From: an uncultured Verrucomicrobiae bacterium
GTDB taxonomy: Bacteria; Verrucomicrobiota; Verrucomicrobiia; Chthoniobacterales; UBA10450
Length of the DNA: 64,000 nt
Reading direction: 5' to 3'
NCBI GenBank assembly: GCA_963834385.1
Contig: CAWIBO010000002.1
Location: 384,001-448,000 of the forward strand
In this document: positions 29,300 through 39,920 of the stretch, piece after piece
How the letters are laid out: every line of letters begins with the position of its first letter
Numbering within the stretch: position 1 is the stretch's first letter
Notes under the pieces: generated by a model
Databases searched by the model: none
The model's input: only the letters and a program-made list of their open reading frames with translations
Told to the model about the DNA's origin: nothing
Program-made: the position numbers and the translations under genes

Positions 29300-30410
29300 G
29301 TGTCAGCTGATCGTGACGTGAGAGTTTGTTTCTACTGCGCCGACCAGCATCCGGAGAAGGACCGGACGCGAGGCATCACTCGCTACACCGAGGAACTGGC
29401 TACTGCGCTTGCTCGGTACACCGATGTGGAAATTTTAGTTGCGACCTCTCCGTCGGCAATTTCCCTGCCAGAGGCCGCGGGGACCCGGCTATTGCCGTTC
29501 CGGACCAGCAATCCTGCCGGACGTCTCCTTGCCGATGAATGTCATCCCCTGTTCTTTCGCGGCAGCGTTGATCTTTGGCATTATCCAAAGGGATTTCTAC
29601 CGAGGCTTCCTAGCCGCCCCTTTATGCGTCGCCACGGTGCATGATGCCATTCTGCCGTTTTACGCCCGCTTTTATCCGACTCACCGATCGAAACTGGCCT
29701 ACGCCTACTGGCTTTCCAGGTTCGAGTTAACCCTGAGGCGCGCGCCGACGATCATCACAGTCTCGAAAAACGCCGCACGCCAGATCACCTGCTTTTGTTC
29801 TGAGCGAGGAATACCGGAGCCTGCGATCAGGGTGATCTACCTGGGAGCCGATTGGAGCCACGATTCCACAGGTGAGACGAAAGAAGACATGGTGATTCAT
29901 CTGGCCTCTCCGGAACCGCACAAGAAAACCGCGCAGCTGTTGCGCTGGTGGAAGGAAATTCTGGGAACCGGACGAGACCTGCCAAGGCTGCGATTGGTCG
30001 GCCGGATGGATGCGGAAAGCCTTTCCCTGGCGACGGCCCTGCCAAACATCGATCTATCGGCACCGGCGTCCAAAGGGGAATTGATGCGACTGATGAGCAA
30101 GGCAAGAGCGCTGCTCTTCCCCTCAGAAATCGAGGGCTTCGGATTGCCTGCGCTGGAGGCTTATGGGGTTTTCACCCCGGTGGTCTACCGAGCAGGGACG
30201 GCCGTGGAGGAAGTTCTCCAAGGGTCGACCGGAGCGTTTCACGAAAACACGTCTGGATCCTTCGAAGCGGCTCTCAAAGCCGTGCTTGCCCTTGAGCTTT
30301 CGGACGTGCGGCAGATCGCCAGCGTTTTGCGCGCCAAATTCTCCTGGGAAAAATGTGCGAAAGAAACCGCAACGGTCTATCGCGAGGCGATGGGGCGCAA
30401 AATTGACTGA
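29300..30410 (+). CDS. Glycosyltransferase family 4 (frameshift near 29610)
   Basis: GITRY, TVHD, EPHKK, EGFGLPALEA, FSWEKCA. Confidence 0.8.
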
Positions 30411-31901
30411 GTGGACGAACGATGCAGCGAGGCGGGTTCGGGGGAAACGTTCCGAAGCTTGCCGGCCACCGCTGAAGTCCCAACGCCGACAAAGCTCCAG
30501 AACGTGATGCCTCCCATCGGACCCTCCAGGACCACGCCGAAACTGGCGGCTCCCAAGAGAACGAACATCGAAGCCCAGGGAGCCAGGACACTCTGGGGAA
30601 GCCGCCCTGCAGCAACAGCGCGCGCCGTCAGGAAAGCCTCGCGTGCTATAAGGAAGATAACGGCCGTAAACAGGATCAGGCCGACAAAGCCAAGGCGCCC
30701 GAAGATGGTCAACCAGATGCTGTGCGGACTTCGCGTCGTAAAGCCGTCACCTCTGTTGGCGAAATAGCGGCGAACAAACTCGTCGGCCAAATTGTAGCCG
30801 AACCCCAAACCGAAAACGGGGTTGCCGGTCAGGGTCTCCTCGATTACCGCCTGCCACCAAGTGGTCCGGAACCGGTTGTTGTCCGCCGACACTTCTCCGA
30901 ACTCCGCCCCGATAACTGCCCGACCCGGAGATGTCGACGATCGACTGCACCTTGTCCGCTGCTTTGGTTGCGAGGCCAGAGCCTGTATTGAGCCCGGCAA
31001 AATTAAGAAAGAGCAGCGTGAGCCCGGCCAGTACGGCCGAAAGACCGACGCTGGCAGGAAGCCCGGGCCTTCTGGCCAGCATGAGCAGGCCGAAAGCGAG
31101 CATCATGCCGAGAAAGACGGCGCGGGAGAAGAGGAACAGGATGCTCCCGGCAAAAACAATCGCCACCAGGACGTTGGCGGCTCGCAGGATCCCGGAGGTC
31201 GGATAAAAATAAAGATAGAGCGCGGAGCAGATCAAGGAAACCGACGAGAAGATCCCCTTTTGGAAGAAGATGGGCACGTTTCCCAGCCGCACAGAATAGA
31301 GAAGGCTGGGCGCCAGCAGTGTCAGGAACATGACGGGGAGCAGAATCCAGGCGCTGAGGAGAAGGCACTTCCTCAAGAACCTCTGCCCTTCCTCCGTCGA
31401 ACCGATGCGATAAGCGACAAAAAAGAAGAACGCGTAATACGCGATGGCGGAATCACGCAGGGTGTCGATCGCGCTGCCGCCACTGGTCTTAAAGAACAGA
31501 TCGAAAAACAGACGGAGCAGACCGTAACCCAGGAAGGCACTGATCGCGTAGGAGAGAGGGAAATTCGGAATCGGCGACTGCCGCTTGGTGGCCATGTCGC
31601 ACACCCATCAGGGCGAGAGAAATGGCCAGGCCCACTTCCCCGACGAAAAGGGGACCGGGGCCAAGACGCAGCTGGGCGAAGCCGCGATTCCCGATAAAGT
31701 AGCCGATCAGGAGAAAACCAAGGACAAGCGCGTCGATGGGCACCTCCCTTTGAGGAGGAATGAATAGGCTCCAAGCAGGATGACGCCGCCCGCGAAGATC
31801 ACCGGGACCAGCCACAGCGCGTCCCCACGAAGAGACGCAAGAATGACCGCTACGAGCAGGCCAAGGATTGCAACGATCAGACTCTTAACCTTCTCAGACA
31901 C
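30377..31901 (-). pseudogene. O-antigen ligase/Wzy-like membrane protein, three frameshifts (real or sequencing error)
   Basis: Pieces 31707-31901, 31489-31815 (GNRGFAQ), 30747-31604 (SRAVFL) and 30377-31000 (RTTWW...GLGFG...SPHSIW) are collinear. Confidence 0.7.
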
Positions 31902-32001
31902 AGGGAAGTGTTCGTTTCGGTCTACCGGGTGTCAACCGGGCATCCTGTGAGGCACCAACGGAAGCTCATGACGGCATAATGGAAGAACTGCCGCGATCGG
32001 C

Positions 32002-32888
32002 TCAGACCTGCTCGCTGCTTTGCCTTTCTCTGAAAGAGTGCGCCGAGAAAGAGAAGGAGGGAGCGCAAGGCCAGTCCGATCGCCCGGACAAAATCGTGGA
32101 GGAAGAGAGCGAGGCGGCTGGGGTTGTTAAATTGATGAAAAGATCACGGCTGGCGGTCAGAGGGAGCGAAGAGACGTTTCCCTCAGCACTGCCGCCGTGG
32201 TGATGGACGACGATGGCGGAGGGAAGATGAAAGAGTTTCCAGCCGCCGGCGCGGAAACGGAGCGACCATTCCTGGTCCTCCGCATACATGAACCAGCGCT
32301 CGGTCAGCAGCCCCACCTGGTCAATGGCCTCACTTCGCACCATCATGCAAGCGCCGGAGAGCCACTCGACCTCGCGGAGATCGCGGTCGTGATGTCCGGC
32401 GTAAAGGTAGATTCCTTCGAAAAAATGCCACCGGGGAAAGAGACGCGCCAGGAAAAGCCAATGGTTGATGGTGCGCCGCAATGTAGGAGCGTGTCCGGCC
32501 CCGAGGATGTCCAGGCCCGCTCCACGATGGTCGAGGCGAGGCCCCACGGCGCCTGCTTTCGGATTGCCGACCAGAAAATCTCGCATCCGCTCCAGGGCGT
32601 CGTTCCGGACTTCAGTATCCGAGTTCAGCAGGACGATGAAGGGCGCTGTGGCGCACCGAATGGCTTGATTGTTTGCTGCGGCAAAGCCCCGGTTCTGCTC
32701 ATTGACGATCAGTGTAACCGTTGGGAAGGAAGAGCAAACCATTCAACGCTGCCATCGTGCGAGCCATTATCCACGACAAGAACCTTCATCTTGGTGGGGT
32801 CCGACCCGCTGAAGAGAGAGTTCAGGCACGCGGAGAGCAGGTCCTGCGTATTCCAGCTGACGATGATGATTGTCAGGTCAGGGGCCAT
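32002..32888 (-). CDS. Glycosyltransferase family 2 (frameshift near 32735, probably also near 32125)
   Basis: IIIVSWN, VVDNGSHDGS, NRGFAAANN, LLNSD, SGACM, MYAED. Confidence 0.8.
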
Positions 32889-32973
32889 TGAACTCTTTCG
32901 CTGTTTCTGGCGGTATCCTCCCCGAGCGTCCGCGCAGGGCATCGCCCAGTTCCACAAGCGCGGCCTTCGAATT

Positions 32974-33037
32974 TGTAGGGACGCATCGCGGTGTTATCGT
33001 CGAAAGACCCCGGGTGGACCGAGCGACGACCGTTACA
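32974..33037. repeat. Possible degenerate REP pair
   Basis: TGTAGGGACG...; ...GACCGTTACA (GTAG and GTAA feet facing inward). Confidence 0.3.
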
Positions 33038-33097
33038 AGGCGCTCATGAACTCTCACCGTGAAAATAGGTGACGATGCGTGACATAGCTGGGCGTGT

Positions 33098-34111
33098 TTA
33101 AGGGCTTCGAGAATTATCTGGGATAAGGCGGCTTTCGTCCAAGCGTCCCATGGCTCCGAACAGGGCATCACGCACTCCAAGGAGGCTGGCGTAAAGTTTT
33201 GCGCGCTTAGCGCGTTCGAACAAGGCGATAAAAATGAGATCCCGAACTTGCGCTTTGGTCACGCGAAGGACCCAACGTGGTTCGGTAAACGCAAAGCGTA
33301 TCGAAAGAAGCAGTCGATTCCGAGCCATGTAATATCGCCGCATCGGGCTGTGATTGGAGGTGCTGCGACGACGACCTAAAAAATGGAATACGTAGGGTTC
33401 GCCGATTTTGTGAGAGATCCCAAAAGATTTAGCCTGGATTACATGGAAGCCGCGAGCTTGGGCGCGCAAACAATATTCGTCGTCCACGCTATCGATAAAC
33501 AGTTCGTCGCGAAATCCTCCCAGCTGCTCGAAAATGGATCTGCGGAGAAGAGCTCCCGAAGTAATGACGGTTTTGACAATTCGATAGGGAAGATCATCAC
33601 GATCCTGCTCGACCACGAGATGATGAAAGGGGCTGTTATAATCAGCGCCGATAACGGAAAGGAGATGACGGTAAGGAAATGCTGCGTAGGCCCGCTGGGC
33701 CGCCGGAACCAGTTCGGGCAACGTCTCCGAATCTTGATCCATGGTGAGGATCCACTCGAAACCCATGTCCAGTACCCGAACTCCTTGGTTCAAGGCCTTT
33801 GCTACGCCGAAGTTATCGGAATTTGCGAGAATCCTGACCCCTGAATCGGACTGAAAAGGGTCGAGATGGTCTGTTCGGCGCGAGCCATTATCAACAATGA
33901 CCAAACAGCGAACCTGCTGACGAAGATTAAGTAGTCGCTGCAACACCATGCCATCAGGGTTGAACGTTATGACCACGGCAGCCATGTTCCCTGAGTCGGG
34001 ACCGGCTCCCTCTAAAGCAGGAGCTTCAACGCCCATTCTTGTCAATTGATGGTCCCTCAGAGGCGGCTCTTCTGACCAAAAGCGATGTGATGCGTTTGAA
34101 AAATGGTCCAC
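33098..34111 (-). CDS. GT2 rhamnosyltransferase-like glycosyltransferase (start uncertain)
   Basis: AVVITFNP, IVDNGS, NFGVAKALNQG, MDQDS, ITSG, LFIDSVD, RRYYMARN. Confidence 0.88.
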   Translation of the reverse strand: MDHFSNASHRFWSEEPPLRDHQLTRMGVEAPALEGAGPDSGNMAAVVITFNPDGMVLQRLLNLRQQVRCLVIVDNGSRRTDHLDPFQSDSGVRILANSDNFGVAKALNQGVRVLDMGFEWILTMDQDSETLPELVPAAQRAYAAFPYRHLLSVIGADYNSPFHHLVVEQDRDDLPYRIVKTVITSGALLRRSIFEQLGGFRDELFIDSVDDEYCLRAQARGFHVIQAKSFGISHKIGEPYVFHFLGRRRSTSNHSPMRRYYMARNRLLLSIRFAFTEPRWVLRVTKAQVRDLIFIALFERAKRAKLYASLLGVRDALFGAMGRLDESRLIPDNSRSP

Positions 34112-34917
34112 AAGTGAGTCACGTTGAAACCGCCCTCTTTCAGAAGCTCTCCAAGCAACGGTTCATCAAAGACGTGGTGGTGAAGGGCACGAAAGCGCGC
34201 GTTTTCCCGCGCTCGTGCAATAAATGCTTCTCGCGATCCGGCGCCGGGGTCGCGCGTTAAATCGTGGAATTGTAGAATCTCTTCAACATGGGTCTGGTCG
34301 TCCTCCGGCGTATTATGGGAGAAGTCACTGCGCAAGTGCTCTATGGTAGTCACCGTTCTGTAACGATCGAAAGATGTAACCCGGCACGGCACAATAACGG
34401 CGAGTGTCCCCCCAGGGCGCAAAACGCGTCGCCACTCGTGAATGGCTCTGATGGGATTTGCGAGGTGTTCGAGCGTGTGAGAAGAGAGAATCGCATCATA
34501 GCAATTGTCGCACATCCCAGATAAATCGGTGGCCTCGCGGAGATACTGCGTGCCTGCGGATTTATTTTCATCAAACTCGAAGGTTCCTCCATCTCGTAGC
34601 CCACTCTCCCAAAGAGTCGAATCCGTGAAATTGCAGTTATCAAGAGAACGAGCGTAGCGATATACCGGAAAAGTCCCATTGCGCCCAAAAAGTGAACTCG
34701 GTCCTCCGATTTCGAGAACACGCTTATTTCGGACGATTCGAATGAACGCTCGGCGGGAACGGGCCAGGGTGAAGCGGCCCCGAAGGTTTTTCGCTAACCA
34801 AGCTGGCGACCACCTCTGCGCGGCTTCCGTGTTTTCCATATCGAATCCCGGCCGGAGATCGACCGTCGAACAGCTTAGGATGAAAGCGCTGCTGTTCAAC
34901 ATGGGGTCTGAATTCAT
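34057..34917 (-). CDS. SAM-dependent methyltransferase (start uncertain)
   Basis: LEIGGPS, SSHTLEHLANP, VLRPGG. Confidence 0.85.
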   Translation of the reverse strand: MNSDPMLNSSAFILSCSTVDLRPGFDMENTEAAQRWSPAWLAKNLRGRFTLARSRRAFIRIVRNKRVLEIGGPSSLFGRNGTFPVYRYARSLDNCNFTDSTLWESGLRDGGTFEFDENKSAGTQYLREATDLSGMCDNCYDAILSSHTLEHLANPIRAIHEWRRVLRPGGTLAVIVPCRVTSFDRYRTVTTIEHLRSDFSHNTPEDDQTHVEEILQFHDLTRDPGAGSREAFIARARENARFRALHHHVFDEPLLGELLKEGGFNVTHLWTIFQTHHIAFGQKSRL

Positions 34918-35012
34918 AATTCATCCGACGCCTGCGTGGTGCGAGGAGGGGGTGGTCGGTTCAGTTATGATGCTCGTGCTGACTGCGGGTTCTCCGCTAA
35001 CATTCTTCTCCC

Positions 35013-35717
35013 TTGTCTAAAAAAATACTATTTTTCACTCCCTTCGCCGGAATGAGCGGAGCTGAGCATATGCTCATCCGGTTGATTGAAGCCCTCGGCA
35101 AAAATGGGTTTGAGGTTGCTCTTTACGCCCCAGTGGCGGGGTCTGCTCTCGCGAATATCTCCCCGTCGATCCGCGTTTTCACCCACCCCTTGGGGCGAAG
35201 CAAGCGTCATTTGAGCCAGCGGATCGCGGCGTCGTCACCACGCCTCTGGAAGTTTCTCTTTTGGCTGCATGTGAAGAGTGTTCACAACGCGTTTCGGCCG
35301 GACTTATGGCATCTAAACACTGTCCATATGGCGGATATTGCCGCCTTCGCCGGCCGACTGGGGGTGCCCTACGTCGCTCATTTTCATGATTTGCTCATGA
35401 TGTACGGGCTTGTCTCTGCGGCGTCTTTGTCGCGCATGGTGAAAGGCGCCTCTGTCGCAATTGGTTGTTCGGAGGTGGTTTGTGAAGCTTTGCGGACCAT
35501 GGGGGCGCCCCGCGTGGAGCTTCTTTATGAATCAATCGAGGTGGAGACAGTCCAAACGACATCAAGGCGTTCTTCGATACGGGAGCAACTGGGGATACCA
35601 GAGAACGCGTTCGTCTGGATGATGTCGGGAACAATATCCTACCGAAAGGGGACCGATCTGTTCGTTCGGGTCGCACGTGTCCCCTCTACGCGCAGAGCCT
35701 ATTTTTTCCGGGAGTAA
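35013..35717 (+). pseudogene. Truncated glycosyltransferase family 4
   Basis: SGAE N-terminal motif and RKGTDLF present; ends before the C-terminal E-x7-E motif. Confidence 0.7.
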
Positions 35718-35836
35718 GCAAGAGCGGTCAGAGTCCGACAAACCCGTTCCGCGTCCGGTGGTTTATCCCGCTGGCCAAGCGCGTTAACTCGCGGCTATGA
35801 TCCCGTGCCCGCCGGCCAACCGGGGATGGCAAATCG

Positions 35837-36766
35837 ATGAGACAACTCCAGCATAAACTGAGCGTGGCCCGCGGCGAAGAGCCGGCGGAGTTGCTCTTCA
35901 AGAACGCGCGCCTGATCAATGTCTTCAGCGGCGAGATCCATCCGGCCAGCGTGGCGGTGGACGACGGGCGGGTGATCGGTTTCGGAGATTATAAAGCGCG
36001 GGAAACCATCGATCTCGAGGGGGCTTTCCTCGCTCCCGGGTTTATCGCCGCCGGACACGTCCAGGCCCAAACGACGATCTACAGCCAGAACTTCAACACA
36101 ATCGAAAGCGGCCTGCCGACAGCCTGGTCGCTCTCCATTAACGCGAGCGCCACAACCGTTGGCACCCCGGGAGCCACATTTGTCAGCGCCAAAACCACCT
36201 GGGGTGATGGCGCGGGTAATTTCCGCAATGTCGCGTCCGCGGCCGGCCTACTCTCCACCGCCACCCAGGCACAACAGGACGCTTCCACCAATCGGGCACT
36301 GGGGCTGCGCCAGAGCGGCAGCTTTGGCGACCCGGGCGCGGCCTTTAACCTCAATTTTGGGACGGTGGGCGCCACCGTCACCAGCCTGTCGCTCGACTTG
36401 ATGATGTTAAGCGTGCAGACCCGTTCCACCCCTTTCGCGATTCAGTATGGAATCGGGACCAATCCCGCCTCATTCACAACCCTCGGGACCTACAACGATC
36501 CCGGCCTCTTCGGCACCACCACCCTTACCTATACCCCGCTCGATTTCGGAACCTCTCTGAACGGACAATCGAGCATCTTTTTCCGGGTGGTGGCGCTGTC
36601 GGGCTCCACTGGCTCCGGGAGCCGCGACACCATCGCGATCGATAACTTTACCCTGCAGGGCTTCGGCTCGGTCCAGCTTATCCCCGAGCCTTCCACCTGG
36701 GCCCTCCTCGGGATCGGACTCCTCGGCTTTGGGGCACGCTCCGCCCGCCGACGCCTGCGCGGTTAA
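35837..36766 (+). CDS. Chimeric ORF: adenine deaminase N-terminus fused to a PEP-CTERM protein
   Basis: About 70 aa VARGEEPAELLFKNARLINVFSGEI...LAPGFI, then a Ser/Thr/Gly-rich domain ending IPEPSTWALLGIGLLGF-GARSARRR. Confidence 0.8.
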   Translation: MRQLQHKLSVARGEEPAELLFKNARLINVFSGEIHPASVAVDDGRVIGFGDYKARETIDLEGAFLAPGFIAAGHVQAQTTIYSQNFNTIESGLPTAWSLSINASATTVGTPGATFVSAKTTWGDGAGNFRNVASAAGLLSTATQAQQDASTNRALGLRQSGSFGDPGAAFNLNFGTVGATVTSLSLDLMMLSVQTRSTPFAIQYGIGTNPASFTTLGTYNDPGLFGTTTLTYTPLDFGTSLNGQSSIFFRVVALSGSTGSGSRDTIAIDNFTLQGFGSVQLIPEPSTWALLGIGLLGFGARSARRRLRG

Positions 36767-36873
36767 ACCGACCGGGTCGGCCTTCCCCTCGTCGCCCTGG
36801 GCCTCTCCCCGGGCGGCTTTCAGCGTCGCCCACATCTCCTTGACCGGGATCGGCGGCTTCGCTAACAAGGGCC

Positions 36874-37596
36874 ATGAGAACTTTCGTCCTCTACGGTGTT
36901 GCCCTGTTCTTGGCCCTGACCACCTCGATGGCCGGAACGGAATCCTACTCAAAGAACATCAAGGAAGTTGCGACCGCTCCCGCTCCCTGCCCGCCCTGGT
37001 ACCGCGACCGGGAATGGAACGTCTCCCTCTGGGGCACCTACGCTTTCCCGGGGAACGATGCGGAACGCATCGAGGAGGAGGGCATGCTGATGTTCTCCAC
37101 CATCGAAGGCGACCGCTATCTCGAATCCGACGATGCCTGGGGCGGCGGCATTGACCTCAAATATTTCTTTCACCGCTACTTCGGCGTGGGCCTCGAGGGA
37201 TTCGTCCTCAGCAGCCGCCGTCAATACGCGAATGTCGATGGGTTTCTCGGGTTCGACAGCCGCACCAGCTATGACGAACGCCTGGTGGGTGGTCTTCTCG
37301 GGACGTTCACCCTGCGTTACCCGATCGGTTGTTCGCGCTTCGCGCCCTACCTCTTCGTCGGCGGCGGCGCCATCTTCGGCGGCGGCGAACGCACCGTCCT
37401 GGAATTCCCCGCCTTCCTCGAAGTCGAAACCCGCAGCACCGACTCCGAAACGGAACTGGTCGGCCAGTTTGGCGGCGGACTCGAAATGCGCGTGACCGAG
37501 CGCATCGGCCTGATCAGCGACTTTAGCTGGAACGTGATCGACGGCCCAGACGACAACTTCGGCATGGTCCGGGCCGGTTTGAACTTCGCTTTCTGA
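36874..37596 (+). CDS. Outer membrane beta-barrel protein (OmpA-like membrane domain)
   Basis: Signal peptide, amphipathic strands, APYLFVGGG, C-terminal GLNFAF. Confidence 0.8.
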   Translation: MRTFVLYGVALFLALTTSMAGTESYSKNIKEVATAPAPCPPWYRDREWNVSLWGTYAFPGNDAERIEEEGMLMFSTIEGDRYLESDDAWGGGIDLKYFFHRYFGVGLEGFVLSSRRQYANVDGFLGFDSRTSYDERLVGGLLGTFTLRYPIGCSRFAPYLFVGGGAIFGGGERTVLEFPAFLEVETRSTDSETELVGQFGGGLEMRVTERIGLISDFSWNVIDGPDDNFGMVRAGLNFAF

Positions 37597-37598
37597 TC

Positions 37599-37978
37599 TT
37601 ACCGCAGAGGCGCAGAGGACGCAGAGGGGGGACTGCGGGAAAGGATGAAGGCGGAAGTAAGAAGGCAGAAATAGTTTGGAACCAAACTCATCCCTTCCCT
37701 TTCCTGCTTTCCTATTTCCTGATTCATTCCCTCTTCCTGGTTTTCCAAATTTAACCACAGAGGTCGCAGAGAGCACAGAGGAGGGAGTGGAGGATCCTTC
37801 AATTCTCTTCGTTCCTGATTTCCTCTTTTCCTGATTCGTTCCTGGCTTCCTGGTTTCCAAATTTAACCTCAGTGGTCGCAGGGGATGCTTCGAGAGCCGA
37901 CCGACGATTCACCATTCACAATTCACCATTCACGCCCCTCACCCTCCCCCCTCCGCGCCCTCTGCGCCTCTGCGGTAA
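37599..37978. repeat. 380-bp element with 34-bp terminal inverted repeats, containing inverted copies of the ~155-bp composite unit
   Basis: 37599-37632 vs 37945-37978: 32/34 IR match; 37701-37724 is the exact reverse complement of the array 24-mer; ATTCAC(C/A) heptamers at 37907-37933. Confidence 0.8.
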
Positions 37979-37985
37979 ATAAACC

Positions 37986-38732
37986 CTAGAGCAGCTCGTA
38001 GGAAAGCACGCTCAGGCAGTAGATCGCGGCGGTTTCCACCCGCAGAATGATCGGGCCCAGGGTGATCGGCTGGCAGCCGTGCCCCAGCGCCAAGGCCACT
38101 TCCGCCGGGGTAAAGTCGCCCTCCGGCCCGATGCACATGAGCGCCTCCGTTGGCCGGGCGCCCCCGCGTTCCTCCACCTCGCGCAGCACTTCCTTCAAAT
38201 GACGCGCCCCCGGCTGGAGCGACCCGATCAAGGCCAGCCCGGGCGCTTTCCCGGTCCCGGCAAAAAACTCCTTCAGGCGCACCGGAGAGCGCACCTGCGG
38301 CAGCCAGTTCTGACCGCATTGCTTGGCCGCTTCGATCGCGATCCCCTGCCATTTCGCCTGTTTCCCGGCCGCTTCCTCAGGGTCAAGCCGGACAATGGTG
38401 CGGTCGGAGATGATCGGGACGATCTCGCTCGCACCGATCTCGACCGCTTTCTGGACGATGAGATCCATATTCTTCCCCTTCGGGATGGCCTGGGCCAGGG
38501 TGATCCGGCAGCGCAACGGCGGGGTCTCCGCCTCGTGCAGCTTCGTCAGCTTCACTTCCCCGCGCCCGACCTCCGCGATCTCCGCGGTCATTTCCCGGCC
38601 GCGCCCGTTAAAGAGCACCACCTTCTGCCCCGCCGCGCCGCGAAGCACATCCCGGCAATGGTGCGCCTCCGCCCCGGTCAACCGCGGCGAGGCCGGATCC
38701 CATTGCTCAGGCGGAAGATAGAAACGATGCAT
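37986..38732 (-). CDS. rsmE: 16S rRNA m3U1498 methyltransferase
   Basis: HHCRDVLR, QKAVEIG, EAAKQCG, IGPEGDF, LGPIILRVETA. Confidence 0.95.
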   Translation of the reverse strand: MHRFYLPPEQWDPASPRLTGAEAHHCRDVLRGAAGQKVVLFNGRGREMTAEIAEVGRGEVKLTKLHEAETPPLRCRITLAQAIPKGKNMDLIVQKAVEIGASEIVPIISDRTIVRLDPEEAAGKQAKWQGIAIEAAKQCGQNWLPQVRSPVRLKEFFAGTGKAPGLALIGSLQPGARHLKEVLREVEERGGARPTEALMCIGPEGDFTPAEVALALGHGCQPITLGPIILRVETAAIYCLSVLSYELL

Positions 38733-38734
38733 CG

Positions 38735-39240
38735 GAAAAGTAAGAAGGAAGAATTATGAATTAAGAAAACAAGAGTGGAGAAGAAGAATTAGGAATCCAG
38801 GAAGGGTAAATCAGGAAATAGGAAAGCAGGAAAGGCAAGGAATGAGATCGGTTCTGTACTATCTCTGCCTTCTTACTCTGCCTTCAGCCTTCTCCCCAGC
38901 CGCCCTCTGCGTCCTCTGCGTCTCTGTGGTTTAAATTTGGAAACCAGGAAGCCAAGAGGAATGAATCAGGAAATAGGAAAGCAGGAAGGGGTATGGGTAA
39001 TTTGGCTCCACTACTTCCGCCTTCTTACTTCTGCAGCCTTCTCCCCAGCCGCTCTGTGTCCTCTGCGTCTCTGTGGTTTAGAATTTGGAAACCACGAAGC
39101 GAGGAAGGAGGAATTGAATCAGGAAAATAGGAACTGATGAAGGTCTAAAGCAGAGCGCTCAGGAATTCCTTATTTCCTGCTTTCCTGATTTGTTTTCTCC
39201 CCAGCCTTCCTCTGCGATCTCTGCGTCTCTGTGGTTTAAA
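38735..39240 (+). repeat. Tandem ~155-bp composite repeat array (left of vapBC)
   Basis: Units start at 38809, 38964 and 39117 (AATCAGGAAATAGGAAAGCAGGAA ... CTCTGCGTCTCTGTGGTTTA). Confidence 0.85.
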
Positions 39241-39269
39241 ACCTTGAAAAGAGGTCGCAATATGGGAAT

Positions 39270-39545
39270 ATGGGTCCCATCAAGACGACCGTGGAATTGC
39301 CGGATTCCCTGCTGCGGCGCGCGAAGAACGCGGCGCTCAAAGAGGGACTCTCCCTCAAACAGCTCCTGACCGAAGCCCTTGAGCTCCGGCTCAGCCGGCT
39401 GGGTCTATCCTCCAAGTCCCGGGTCGCGGACCCGCGCTGGCGAAAAGCCTTCGGCGCGTTAAAACATCTCCGGTCGGAACGCCGCAAGATTGAAAAGGCC
39501 ATCGCCGAGGAGTTCGAGCAGATCGAGGCGGAAGACCGCCAATGA
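39270..39545 (+). CDS. VapB-like antitoxin (RHH)
   Basis: KTTVELPDSLLRRAK RHH start; ATGA overlap with the PIN gene. Confidence 0.85.
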   Translation: MGPIKTTVELPDSLLRRAKNAALKEGLSLKQLLTEALELRLSRLGLSSKSRVADPRWRKAFGALKHLRSERRKIEKAIAEEFEQIEAEDRQ

Positions 39546-39919
39546 TCCTCGATACCAACGCTCTTTCCGCCCTTTTGGATCAGGATCGAGGGCTGGAGAG
39601 CGTCGTGCGCGATGTGGTCGAGCTTTGCCTCCCGGTGATTGTTCTGGGGGAGTACCGTTACGGCATCTCCGCCTCACGGCACCGCGCCGAGTATGAGGGC
39701 TGGCTGGAGCGGGAAGCCGCTTTGTTTCGGATCCTTCCCGTGACCGAGGAAACGGCCATCCATTATGCCGTTATTCGCCGGGAGCTTCACGAGACCGGCA
39801 CGCCCATCCCCGCCAACGACGCCTGGATCGCCGCGCTCGCCCGGGAACATCGTCTGCCGATCGTGAGCCGCGACACCCACTTCGATCATCTGCGCAGCAT
39901 CCAACGCATCGGCTGGTAA
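39542..39919 (+). CDS. vapC: VapC PIN-domain toxin
   Basis: MILDTNAL, VLGE, NDAWIAA, SRDTHF. Confidence 0.93.
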   Translation: MILDTNALSALLDQDRGLESVVRDVVELCLPVIVLGEYRYGISASRHRAEYEGWLEREAALFRILPVTEETAIHYAVIRRELHETGTPIPANDAWIAALAREHRLPIVSRDTHFDHLRSIQRIGW

Positions 39920-39920
39920 A

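Noticed and set aside
35760..35790. GGTTTATCCCGCTGGC...AACTC resembling a type I-E CRISPR repeat
   Set aside because: Single imperfect copy, no array and no cas genes; probably chance
35718..35836. Purine riboswitch upstream of the adenine deaminase fragment
   Set aside because: Conserved purine-riboswitch core nucleotides are not present
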